The position numbers and the translations under genes are program-made. The notes below the pieces were generated by a model. That model made no database searches. It saw nothing but the letters and a program-made list of their open reading frames with translations, and was not told where the DNA came from. A DNA stretch of 34,111 nt from Parasitella parasitica NRRL 2501 (lineage: Eukaryota; Fungi; Mucoromycota): the NCBI GenBank assembly GCA_025201805.1, contig MU619368.1, forward strand, positions 12,346-46,456. Direction: 5' to 3'. Each line of letters starts with the position of its first letter. Within the stretch, counting starts at the first letter, position 1. Shown piece by piece: positions 11,791 to 21,894 of this stretch.

Positions 11791-13360
11791 GATGCCTACA
11801 TCTTTTCTTTTTGTTTTCTAGTATTTCAATCATGATCTCTTCATAGAATGTGTGTTATGCTATCAAAACAGAACCTATTTCTGACGGTCCACCAAGGTTT
11901 CTAATTCGAAATCATTTGGGAGCTATCATGACTTATTCATATAAAGTATCATCATTGTCATACTAATAAAAGACATTCAAAAATTAAGGGCTTGAAGTTT
12001 TTGCTTTGGAAGAAATGTTATCTGGATTGATCGTTCGAAAAATAGTTGAGAAAAATTAATAGTTTATAATAGTTTTATAACATGTAACTGATACAGATGA
12101 ATTCAAAATATATTCAAGATGTCAAGAAAGCATGGAGGATTGGATCAAAGTCTTTCATGTAAGCCTAAACGTGTTGTACATGGCGACGTTTTAATATATT
12201 AAACGAAAATGTCTTGGGAAATGAGAAGAACCATTGTAGCCACTTTATGCAAAATGTAGCTTAATAACTGGCCATAGTCTTTAAGTATTTCTATAAGATT
12301 CGAGGATTTTGCGTCGAAATGACATCTAAAAAGGATAAAGCTCCCTTTATCCTTAAGTTATATTTATCAAAACCTTACATAATACACGTTTAGGTATTAG
12401 AGTTTTGTTTCAGCTATGTTTCAAGCCCTTGTTTGTAGCTGTATCTGCATTTCTCATAGAAAAAAACTATTTTTTGACCAATTTTTGGGAGATTTCAAAA
12501 TTATGTCGAGCATAAGGCTGGAAGATCCTAAAAATCAATAATTTACAAAATCGGTTGTACCTTTACCAAATCTCGATGTTTTATTGATCGGTAAAACGAA
12601 TTGAGTGGTATTAATACTATCAAATGAATGTGAATATATACTATTCGTTAATCTCATTATGTGTGAAAATTTGAATACATATCAAAAAAATTATTAAAAA
12701 AAAAAAGTATATGATATTCGCATATGTGATAAACATCATTTTTTGTCAGACTATAAAGAAACTTAAATTATGGCTCTTTGTGCTACACTACGTCAAAATG
12801 ACTGCAGCAAGTCGATTATGCATGGATTGAATCATGTTGAAAGCCCTTTACTCTGAATCGATTCAGTATAATATTTCGTTCCTGTAACAGTTTATAGTAT
12901 CAATGGGGCTTGGATTTGCTTGTATTTTTAGTTGTAATGAGTCTCATGCTATTTCTGTACAATTGCGAGCTTCTTCGTGAGCAGTAGATATTGAAATCAA
13001 ATCATAAACTTGGCTCTCCAGTATATGTGTTATCTTGGTACAAAAACTAATGATTTATTCTGCTGAAACATAGAAGATTTTATTACTTCGATGCAAGAGT
13101 CAATACAATGACATTGAAAACTCAGAAATGTATGGAAATAGATCAATAATGCATTATTTTCTGTAAAATAAACGATATATGGAGTAATTAAGCAATATAT
13201 TTTTTAGTCTGAAACTTTGCAAAGTACGACATGAACGAGTCTGCGGAGAGGCATACCGGTGTTGATGCAGATGCAAACTAACGTTACGTCTGTGACGTTT
13301 GATACCTGGCTTAATTTATGAGTTTTTCTTCTACTTTTCGTCTACTATTCAAGATATCAA

Positions 13361-15991
13361 ATGCTTAAGGTACCGAAAAACCCAGGCTTAGCTCGTTGTC
13401 ATGGTTACCACAAGACGTCGATACGATTATATCACATTGATCAACATTTAAGGCGGCATGTAGCGAGACCGAGAGTGCCAATCATAGCAAACTCAGCAGT
13501 AATAACAGCACCAGTATTGCAACATCAACAACGTTCAATATCCATTATACCCACCGTTGCTCGAGTAGCATTCTCAGCTGTGAGATTGCCGTTGTTTCTT
13601 GCAGGCACTGCTGTGGCAGGAGCAACTGTTGCGTCTAATAAGTTACAGGGCAAGTACATGGCTTTGATAGCAAATCTCGAGATATATTCTCATCTTTCTC
13701 TAGATTTAGCAGATATGGGGTCCACGTTTGTGAACGATGCTAAAAGTATATTAAATAGCGTTGGTGAAAGTATACAAGATATAGATATTCAAATACCCGA
13801 AATGAACATCAAGCTGTCGGATTTAGTGAGCGATATTATGGCTGCTGCGAGAGATAAGACACAATCCATCAACCACATTTTTAACTCGACATTTCCAAAG
13901 CGTGAAGAAAATCATTCATCGTCAGAGCAGATAGAACAATCGACTGTGCCGATAACTGACACAAACAAGGAATTGCATGATTTGAAGCAGCAAATCATTG
14001 AGGAACAAGAGGAGGAGGATGAAGTGGACTATGAAGCTCTGGCGAAAGATGCAGCAATAAGGATGAAACACCAAGATCACCAGTTTATTTTATTGTGCCG
14101 AAAATTTGCAAGTATTCGAGCTACGTTGATGTCTATTCAGCATCGAGTAATCCCTAATGTTCCATCCATTGTCATGATTGGATCAAGGCATAACCACCAA
14201 GTCGTCATTGAATCTATACTCGGTCAATCCTTTGCACTTGCAGACACTTTTTATGAAAACAACAGAACCTTGGAATTTTATTTCATCAATAATTCAGATT
14301 TGAAGGAGCCAAAAATACAAATCAATGGACAAGAGACGTTAATTTCTGTCGCGGAAGCAGAGCAACTTGTACAGAAACTGATCTCTGAAGACCAAGATGC
14401 AATTCAGATCTCCATTTACGGGCCAGATGTGCCCTACCTCAACCTTTACGATATACCCGAGGATAACCGTGAATTGTGCGAGAAATATATTGGACATGAT
14501 CTCAATACGGTAATCATGGCAGTATACGACACAACAGTACCCTCATCTGAAAGCAGGACGTCAAAACTATGCGAGAAATATGATCCTTTAGGGAGAAGAA
14601 CAGTAGGAATATTGACCAAGAGTCATCATCCTCCACAAGAGTCAACAGTACCATCATCTGAAGACCAAGAGGAGCAAGGGAATTCTGTCTTAAGCAAAGA
14701 ATCAACCATCCCAGCCTCATCTGTCGTTGGCAATTACCGTCCACCGCTGAGCCTTGGCTATATCGATATGACGCACGAAGCTACCGATATGGAAAAGGAG
14801 AAACGACTCTTGCGCCACCATATTTTTGGTATCGTTGAGCAATCCATGGGTCGATCTATTTACAACATTGCTGATTCCATCCAGAATGAATTGGAGGAGA
14901 CCAGCTACCTTTTCAAGGTGATTTACAATGATCATACAATGACAGCAGCCTCTTATTTGACAGACTCTATGGATGAACTAAAGCGTGGATTTAAGCAATT
15001 TGCCTCCTCATTGGGAAAACCGCAATTGCGAGCAGAGGTGCGAAATCTATTAGAGCAAAATGTACTGAATGTATGTGCCGAACAATATTGGTCTGATGCA
15101 AAAATTTTGGATCTAGCGAAAGCAGACGCTGACGAGTTTTACTGGCTGTACAAAATGGACTTGGCATCAGCCGCTATCACAAAAAGTGGCATTGGCCGCA
15201 TCACAACCCAACTCGTCATTGATGTGATAATAAACAACATGCAGCATCTAGTTAAAATGGATCCATTTCAGCACCATCCTAGAGTTCAGAAGCAAATTGT
15301 GGATTTAACAGGCGATATGCTGAGGCAGAGGTTTTTGGCCACGAGTGATCAAGTAGAAAACACAATTAAGCCATACAAATATGAGGTTGAGGTCACTGAT
15401 GAAGAGTGGAAAGATGGCGTGAAAAGAACCATCAAACTCTTGGAAAAGGAATTAGCTATGTGCGAGGATATGCTTTGGATGCTGAAAAGGAACATTGGAA
15501 GGAAAAGACTGCGAAGTGCTATTAAACGAGTTTTGAATGAAGAAAAAGTACATCTTGTGGAAGAAGATGCCGAACAACCACATCGCTTTCTTGAGAAGGC
15601 AAAAGAAGCCTTGTTTTTGCAAGATCGTGCCATGATTATTAAGTACCGACTGGCTGCTTTGAAAAGTAGGCAGTGCAAAACCTCTGACAACAAACAGTAT
15701 TGCCCTGAGGCTTTTTTGAACATTATCGCAGAGAAATTAACGTATACAGCCGTCATGTTTATCCAAGTGGAATTGTTGAATGATTTTTTTTTCAATTTCC
15801 CATTGGAAGCCATTGACGATCGCATTGTCCATCCAATGTCAATGACCCAGATTGACAAATTTGCTAAAGAAAATCCATCAGTCCAAAAGCATCTTATTCT
15901 GCAAGATCGAAAAATGAAACTGGAAGAGGTGATGGACATGCTCAAATACCTAGTAAAAAGACATGGTATTGATCCGCCCAGTAAATACTAG
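13361..15991 (+). CDS. MGM1-like: Mgm1/Msp1/OPA1-like mitochondrial dynamin-related protein with a degenerate, predicted inactive GTPase domain (876 aa unspliced; 858 aa if the GC-AG intron 13650-13703 is removed)
   Basis: Arg-rich presequence and TM segment (RLPLFLAGTAVAGATVAS). Mgm1-type scaffold (PSIVMIGS, LCEKY, DPLGRRTVGILTK, PLSLGYI) and a conserved-looking stalk/paddle/GED (VENTIKPYKYEVEV, CPEAFLNIIAEKL, FAKENPSVQKHLILQDRKMKLE). Motifs G1-G4 are all substituted. Confidence 0.9.
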   Translation: MLKVPKNPGLARCHGYHKTSIRLYHIDQHLRRHVARPRVPIIANSAVITAPVLQHQQRSISIIPTVARVAFSAVRLPLFLAGTAVAGATVASNKLQGKYMALIANLEIYSHLSLDLADMGSTFVNDAKSILNSVGESIQDIDIQIPEMNIKLSDLVSDIMAAARDKTQSINHIFNSTFPKREENHSSSEQIEQSTVPITDTNKELHDLKQQIIEEQEEEDEVDYEALAKDAAIRMKHQDHQFILLCRKFASIRATLMSIQHRVIPNVPSIVMIGSRHNHQVVIESILGQSFALADTFYENNRTLEFYFINNSDLKEPKIQINGQETLISVAEAEQLVQKLISEDQDAIQISIYGPDVPYLNLYDIPEDNRELCEKYIGHDLNTVIMAVYDTTVPSSESRTSKLCEKYDPLGRRTVGILTKSHHPPQESTVPSSEDQEEQGNSVLSKESTIPASSVVGNYRPPLSLGYIDMTHEATDMEKEKRLLRHHIFGIVEQSMGRSIYNIADSIQNELEETSYLFKVIYNDHTMTAASYLTDSMDELKRGFKQFASSLGKPQLRAEVRNLLEQNVLNVCAEQYWSDAKILDLAKADADEFYWLYKMDLASAAITKSGIGRITTQLVIDVIINNMQHLVKMDPFQHHPRVQKQIVDLTGDMLRQRFLATSDQVENTIKPYKYEVEVTDEEWKDGVKRTIKLLEKELAMCEDMLWMLKRNIGRKRLRSAIKRVLNEEKVHLVEEDAEQPHRFLEKAKEALFLQDRAMIIKYRLAALKSRQCKTSDNKQYCPEAFLNIIAEKLTYTAVMFIQVELLNDFFFNFPLEAIDDRIVHPMSMTQIDKFAKENPSVQKHLILQDRKMKLEEVMDMLKYLVKRHGIDPPSKY

Positions 15992-16983
15992 CAATCTAAT
16001 TGACTATAGATAGCACCTTGTAATTTACTAATATACTTGAATAAAGACTATTTGGATACTAGTTATCCGATCAAATTGCCATTCCTGAGAATCTTGATCT
16101 TGATCTTTTTGACTTTTGTCGCGCGTATCTCGTTACACACAAACAACAATTTGATTTCATCTTACTAAGGTGCGTAAAACTATTTACCGAGGCAATATCG
16201 AGGTAAAATACGAGAATGATATTAAAAAAAACGTTAGAAGACAACTTTTCCATTAATTGCATGTTTACCGACATGCCAATATATTTCACTACATATGCAT
16301 ATATGTAGAGTTTCTTTGCATAAATGCAAACTGCTATAAATATCTGAATAACGAGTAAGGCAAGGATGGGATTTTCTTGGCAAATACAGGATAGACAGCA
16401 TTAGACATGTCGCCAAAACGTATTGCCTGATAGTACTGCATTAATGTTACTAAAAAATCTAAATGGCAATGGAAAGTTACACATTAGATGAGCCACGCCA
16501 CGTATACTGTGACTAATAAGCTCATCTGGCACAAGACTGCACTACCATTACTTTTGACTAATATTCTATTTATCCTTATGGCTATAATGGAGATCAATAG
16601 TAGAATAGATCTCCCTAATGGGTCCTATATAATTTTCCAGTTTTGAACGCATCCAGTGTAAACTTAAACACAATTGGCTTTTTATACTGTCATAGAGTTT
16701 CATTTTCGTACTAGTTGATTTTATTTCTATTTTTGGGAGTATTGGCGACTGTGTAATGCAAATGTGGGCATCTCGATAGCCGAAGTGTAAGGATAGTAAA
16801 ACGTTATTTGATTTGTGTCACTGAATAGAATTATCATATGTATACGATTTGATTGAGAACATTAAATATTTTTTATCGCAAAGAGTAGTAGATAGTAGTA
16901 GCAGTGGGGGTAAAATTGTACATTTTCGATGGTTGTGCTAGGATATATATTTACAATGGGAATCCTGACAGCAACTTTATGAT

Positions 16984-17193
16984 TTATGCGCGGAGCCGAG
17001 CAATAGAGTAAGAATACCCGTTGTATATCAGTGTCATCATTGATGTATCAACGTAAATTGGTCCTTGGAATGCCTCACTTGTAACCCAACTGGCTTGATT
17101 GCCACTCCAAAGCTTTTCGATTTGCATCTGTGCTGTGGAATCGAGACAAAGCCAACATTGCCCTGAAGAATATAGCCATTTTGTTATTGCCAT
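16984..17193 (-). CDS. 69-aa stand-alone WWE-domain-like microprotein
   Basis: Single-exon ATG ORF in otherwise stop-rich AT DNA. The pattern W6..W14..IE26..YVD49..M52..R66 matches WWE-domain spacing. Confidence 0.65.
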   Translation of the reverse strand: MAITKWLYSSGQCWLCLDSTAQMQIEKLWSGNQASWVTSEAFQGPIYVDTSMMTLIYNGYSYSIARLRA

Positions 17194-17957
17194 TTGAAAG
17201 AATATTAATTTTTTATCCAGTTTTTTTTTTCAGGAAATTTGAAGCTTCTTATATATTTTTATTGCCGTTGATATGTTACACGGTATACCAAAATTGCAAC
17301 TATTATTATCTTGTAAAGATTTATTTGGAAAACTGCTGCTATAAAATTAACCTGAATAAAACTCGTTCTCCGAAATGTAGAAGGAAATAATCTCTATCAG
17401 TGCTTTCAAGATCTTCTGGTTGGTTTTGTATAATACAGGATGTATTTTGTGCCTAGAGAAGAGGAGAGAGGGGGGGAGTGTTCTTAAAACAGAAATCGTA
17501 AGCCCAGGATATTTTCTCATGGCCTATTGTCTGCTCATTCATTGTTTACGAAAATTTGTTGCTGCTTGGTAAACTGTAGATTCCGTCTACTTTATCAGTT
17601 TTAGCATATTATTTATGTGTTGATCCTTTGTTAAATCACAAGCTTCATATGATATATAAATCCATGTATAACAGAATACTCTTTTTTTATAATGTCAATT
17701 AAACTAAATTGGACATGCTCGTAATGAGATGTTTAGTCTTCTTTGTCGCAATATCAACATATGCTAAAATCATGTAGTCATTCAGAAGCACAAAATAAAA
17801 AAAAGAGCCGGGATGTTATATGTAGCATATCTCAATTAAGAATGACCGAATTGAAGGAATCAAAAATAGCCTTTTTCATTTTGCATTTAACTCTGTTACA
17901 CAGCAGTGTCTTGATGAGTTAACAAAAGTACCACAGATAAATCGAGTATGAATCGCT

Positions 17958-18339
17958 TCAAAAGAACAGTTCGAAAAGTTTGATAAGACCTAATAAAGAG
18001 TTAGAAACTCGGCCATTCTGCCGTATGTACAATAATTCATACTTCCACCAAAGATTGCAAAAAGGAAAACACCCAATGCGAAAAAGGAGATATCAACACT
18101 TCTAGGGTCTCTAAATTTCTGTAATCAATGTCAATATAAGTCTAGAAATGACATTCAAGTATTAAGCGTATCTCATACCTGGATTGCCTTATAACATATA
18201 AGCCCCTTCCTGGATTGATACTTGTGCTTGAGCTTGTTTGTTTTACAAATTTGGGGATTCAATGAGTCATTTATAGCCTGCAATTTTGCTTGGGTTAATC
18301 ACAAAACGTCAAAACTTTTATCATTTAAAAATGTACCAT
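17958..18339 (-). CDS. RAMP4/SERP1/Ysy6-like tail-anchored ER protein, 69 aa, 4 exons (absent from the ORF track)
   Basis: Exons 18339-18337 (ATG only), 18277-18179, 18118-18043, 17989-17958; three GT-AG introns of 59, 60 and 53 nt. Protein MAINDSLNPQICKTNKLKHKYQSRKGLICYKAIQKFRDPRSVDISFFALGVFLFAIFGGSLIKLFELFF: basic N-half, then a C-terminal TM ending GGS-LIKLFELFF. Confidence 0.75.
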
Positions 18340-19248
18340 TTCGTTTAAGAGGAAGAAAAGGGTTGATGTATACCCTCATTGTTCTTGATCTACTATATAG
18401 CATTTATTTCTAAAAGAATGCGACAAATAACATGGCAAGTTGTGATTGGGAACCAGAAGTATAAATACTTTAATGGAACCATTCCTAGTAGCTTTTACTA
18501 TCACCGATTCCATCATAATAGAGTTCAAGTAATTTCTGAAATTAGTGAAAGAATGAGCTAAAAAAAATTACGATCTATCATCGACCAATATAATTACATT
18601 TGCAAAAGCTTTTATTTGGATATACTTATATTTGATGCTGTTGTAACTAAAATTTGATGAGAGTTACGAAAAAGTTGTGGTATTCAAAGGAAAATATCGA
18701 TAAGTTGTAAAATGGCTACAGAGAAAACAGTTAATAACTACATCTGACAAATGACTTGCATCATACCTCCACCAAATAAAGCAAAACACAGAATACCTAT
18801 AGCCCAATACGAATAATTGGTTTTGGGAACGGTCTTGATTTTCTATAGTCGATATTAGTGGCTATATCGCATCACTGGCTATGGAATCAGCAATTACCTC
18901 TGCTACTATGCCCTTGGCAGATCTGTTCTTATAGATTTGGTTCTTTTGACGAAGTGTAGGAGTGGAAGCCTAGTCGAAAAAATATTGTTGTTAATTTCCA
19001 GTTATATTTTAGCATTATATCAGGCTGTACCATATTTTAAGATGGTGAGAAGTAAAAGAAGCAAAATAATTTGAATTGTCTGGTTTATTTAATTATTGAA
19101 CATGGCAAGTTTTTATTGGTTTAGTTAGTGGGTAGGCAGCATTGGAAACCCAAAATCAAGAGAAAGGTACACCTTATTCGGAAAATTGACAATCAATTTC
19201 CGAATAAGGCGAATGTAAATTGTATATGTATGCGCAAATTGCCAAAAT

Positions 19249-20092
19249 CTACCAAGGCATAGCCTTGCCTTCAAAATCATAATAACCACCATTCTCTTCT
19301 TTGCCAAATTTAGCAAGATTTGCAAGTTGACCAGACACAGATTGCTCTGTTGAAACCGGAGCGTCTTCACCACCCATATCTGTTGCCACCCATCCTGGAT
19401 GAGAAGCAAAAACAACGAAATTCTCCTTACCCAGTTTATTAGCTGTCATTTTTGTAAGCATATTAATGGAAGCCTTGGAAACACAATAAGCAACACCAAA
19501 TCCCCAACCATCACTATCCTCCATTTGACTGATAGAACCAAGAATAGAAGACATGTTGAGAATCTTTTTAACTTTGTTTTGCCCCCGTTTACGAAGAACT
19601 GGAAGGAAAGCTTTCGTGATCTCGTTGACAGAGAGAAGATTTGTCTCTAAAACACGAATCAACTCTTCCTTGGAGCTATAGTGTATAGTTATATGCGCTG
19701 TAGATCTGTCCTCGTCGTTGATCTGTGTAGTTGGCTTACCTAGCTTCAAAATCAAGACCCATCGTACCACAAATACCAGCATTGTTAATCAAGCAATCAA
19801 CACCCTCTGGTGCTTTAGATTCTATTTCAGCAGCTGCAGCCTATTCATTACAGTTTGTTTAAAAAAATATCGTCAAATTTCATCATATATCACAAACTTT
19901 GATAGACTCATCGCTTAAAGCATCTAATTTGACAGCAAACACTTTCTTATTATCAACCAGTTCTGATAGAACCTTGGATCCATCAGGATTCCGAGCACAT
20001 GCAAATACAGCGTTACCAGCAGCTGCAATTTGCTTTACAAATTCTAGTCCGATGCCACGAGAAGCACCAGTTACAATATATGTTTTGGCCAT
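19249..20092 (-). CDS. Classical short-chain dehydrogenase/reductase (CsgA/C-factor-like), 240 aa, 3 exons
   Basis: Exons 20092-19898, 19840-19740, 19675-19249 (723 nt). TGASRGIG, INNAG, NMSS, YCVSK (YxxxK), HPGWVATDMGG. Confidence 0.93.
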
Positions 20093-21894
20093 TGTGATGG
20101 TTTTTGCAGCAATTGATAAAATATAAAAACCAAAGAAATTTCGCTTATAAAACTTTCGAGTGTCTCGGATAAAATATATTCAGGGTAGTAATTAGTAATC
20201 TATTTACTGATGTTTTATAACCCTTTTAATACTTTTTACCAATTCATGTTTCAAAAAGGGTATTGTTATTCGGATAAACAATCAATCTGTCAAGAAATGC
20301 ACCTTTTCAATTTTTACCCATCATAGTGTAAATCATCAATAATCATCTACGAAATACTACTCGTTGCATAAGGCAATGGTATCATACTTTACGTTGGGAG
20401 CGGTCGCTCAAACGAGAGAGAGTGTGCAAGTACTCCTCTCCCTTTAAATCATGAAAATAACAAACAAACAGAAGAGCAAATGCAAATATCATCATTATTA
20501 TCAGTATACTGTAATTCTTTATCCCCTCTATAAGTTTGATTTTTTTTATCTCACTTTTCCCTTGCATCATGGAAGTAGTATTTGAGTAATAGCTACTTCA
20601 AGTATCGGAATTTATATCAATAGTTGAATAAGCGTAATCTATTTTTTCTCTACTTACATTAATCAGAAGTAAAAGATGAGTAAGCAACAGGTTTCCTTAA
20701 ATATTGTAAAGTTCGTATTCAGAGTACTTACCGTATTATTAAACGGCTCATACGATTTTTGTTAATTCTAGAATATAATGGTTTCTTATAAGCTTATACG
20801 CTTACAGTTGGCTTTAGTATTCTTTTTCTTTTGATTTCACCCTTTGATGTGTCAATTTCCCAAACTCAATACTGAACGCAATGCAGGAATATACTCATAA
20901 CTCAACACGACATGTTTATGGACAATAGATACAATCTAACATCACATTCTCTAAATTACACCATTTTTTACACACTTACACCTTATTCCCCTATCAGTCC
21001 ACTTAGATTCATCATAGTATACAAACCATCATATATTTTCCATGTAATAAAGATGATCTTTACTAGCTTAATACACAACCGTTTTATTCGAATAATTTCT
21101 CATTCTGCTAAATCAGTATGAACGTTGGCATACGACCAGTGTCTCAACATTGGAAAACCACCTTGTTGAAACAAGAAAAGATAAAAACCAAAAGTTAACG
21201 AGATACAAAGACTTTATGATACTTTAAGATCGACATTGCATACCTTTTACAACTTCGTAAATTTATGGTGACTTATTTAGATCACTAATTGACAAGACTA
21301 TAAATTTCCAGTAACAATCTACTTGACAGGGTATGATGTAAGGTATACAACAAGGGCTACACGTCTTTGATCTGACAGTGTCTAAATCTCTATCCTGGTG
21401 CTCAGATCTAAGTTACTACGGGAATAACCTTCTTGACTTGAACCAGAGACTTTATTCAAGCGTATCACATCAGATCATTGAATCTTCAATCTTCAATTTT
21501 CAATCTTCAAATCGAAGTATATTGCCATAATCTCATATCTATAATTAAGACAGATCAAATGGTAACCATTATAATCGCTATATAAGGTAGCTGCTGAAAA
21601 ATTTGTTGCGTTACTGTTCCTACGGAGCGCAGTTTAGGGTCATTTGAGTAGAACAGTCGATAAAAATCCATCAAATGTTGCCGATCGTGGAGACACGTCG
21701 TATATCACTAGCAAAAACTGGCTGATGACATTCTGAGCATGGCTCGATTGTTTTATTAACTGACAATAAAGCAAGAACAGTCAATCTATAAGATGGCTTA
21801 ATTTACATGAAGAAGGGAGTGTGGTGGATGGTTGAAAAAGGGGGGGAAATGAACATATAAATCAATAAAATTACAAAAGAAAAGAAATCTAAAT

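Noticed and set aside
12331-12354. Perfect 10-bp hairpin AAGGATAAAG-CTCC-CTTTATCCTT
   Set aside because: Isolated and AT-rich; intrinsic terminators are irrelevant in a eukaryote and chance is plausible.
15349-15945. 198-aa antisense ORF in the Mgm1-like gene
   Set aside because: Ser/Phe-rich mirror of a Glu/Lys-rich coding strand.
21331-21376. C/D box-like ATGATG...CTGA
   Set aside because: Too short, imperfect C box, no terminal stem or evident rRNA guide.
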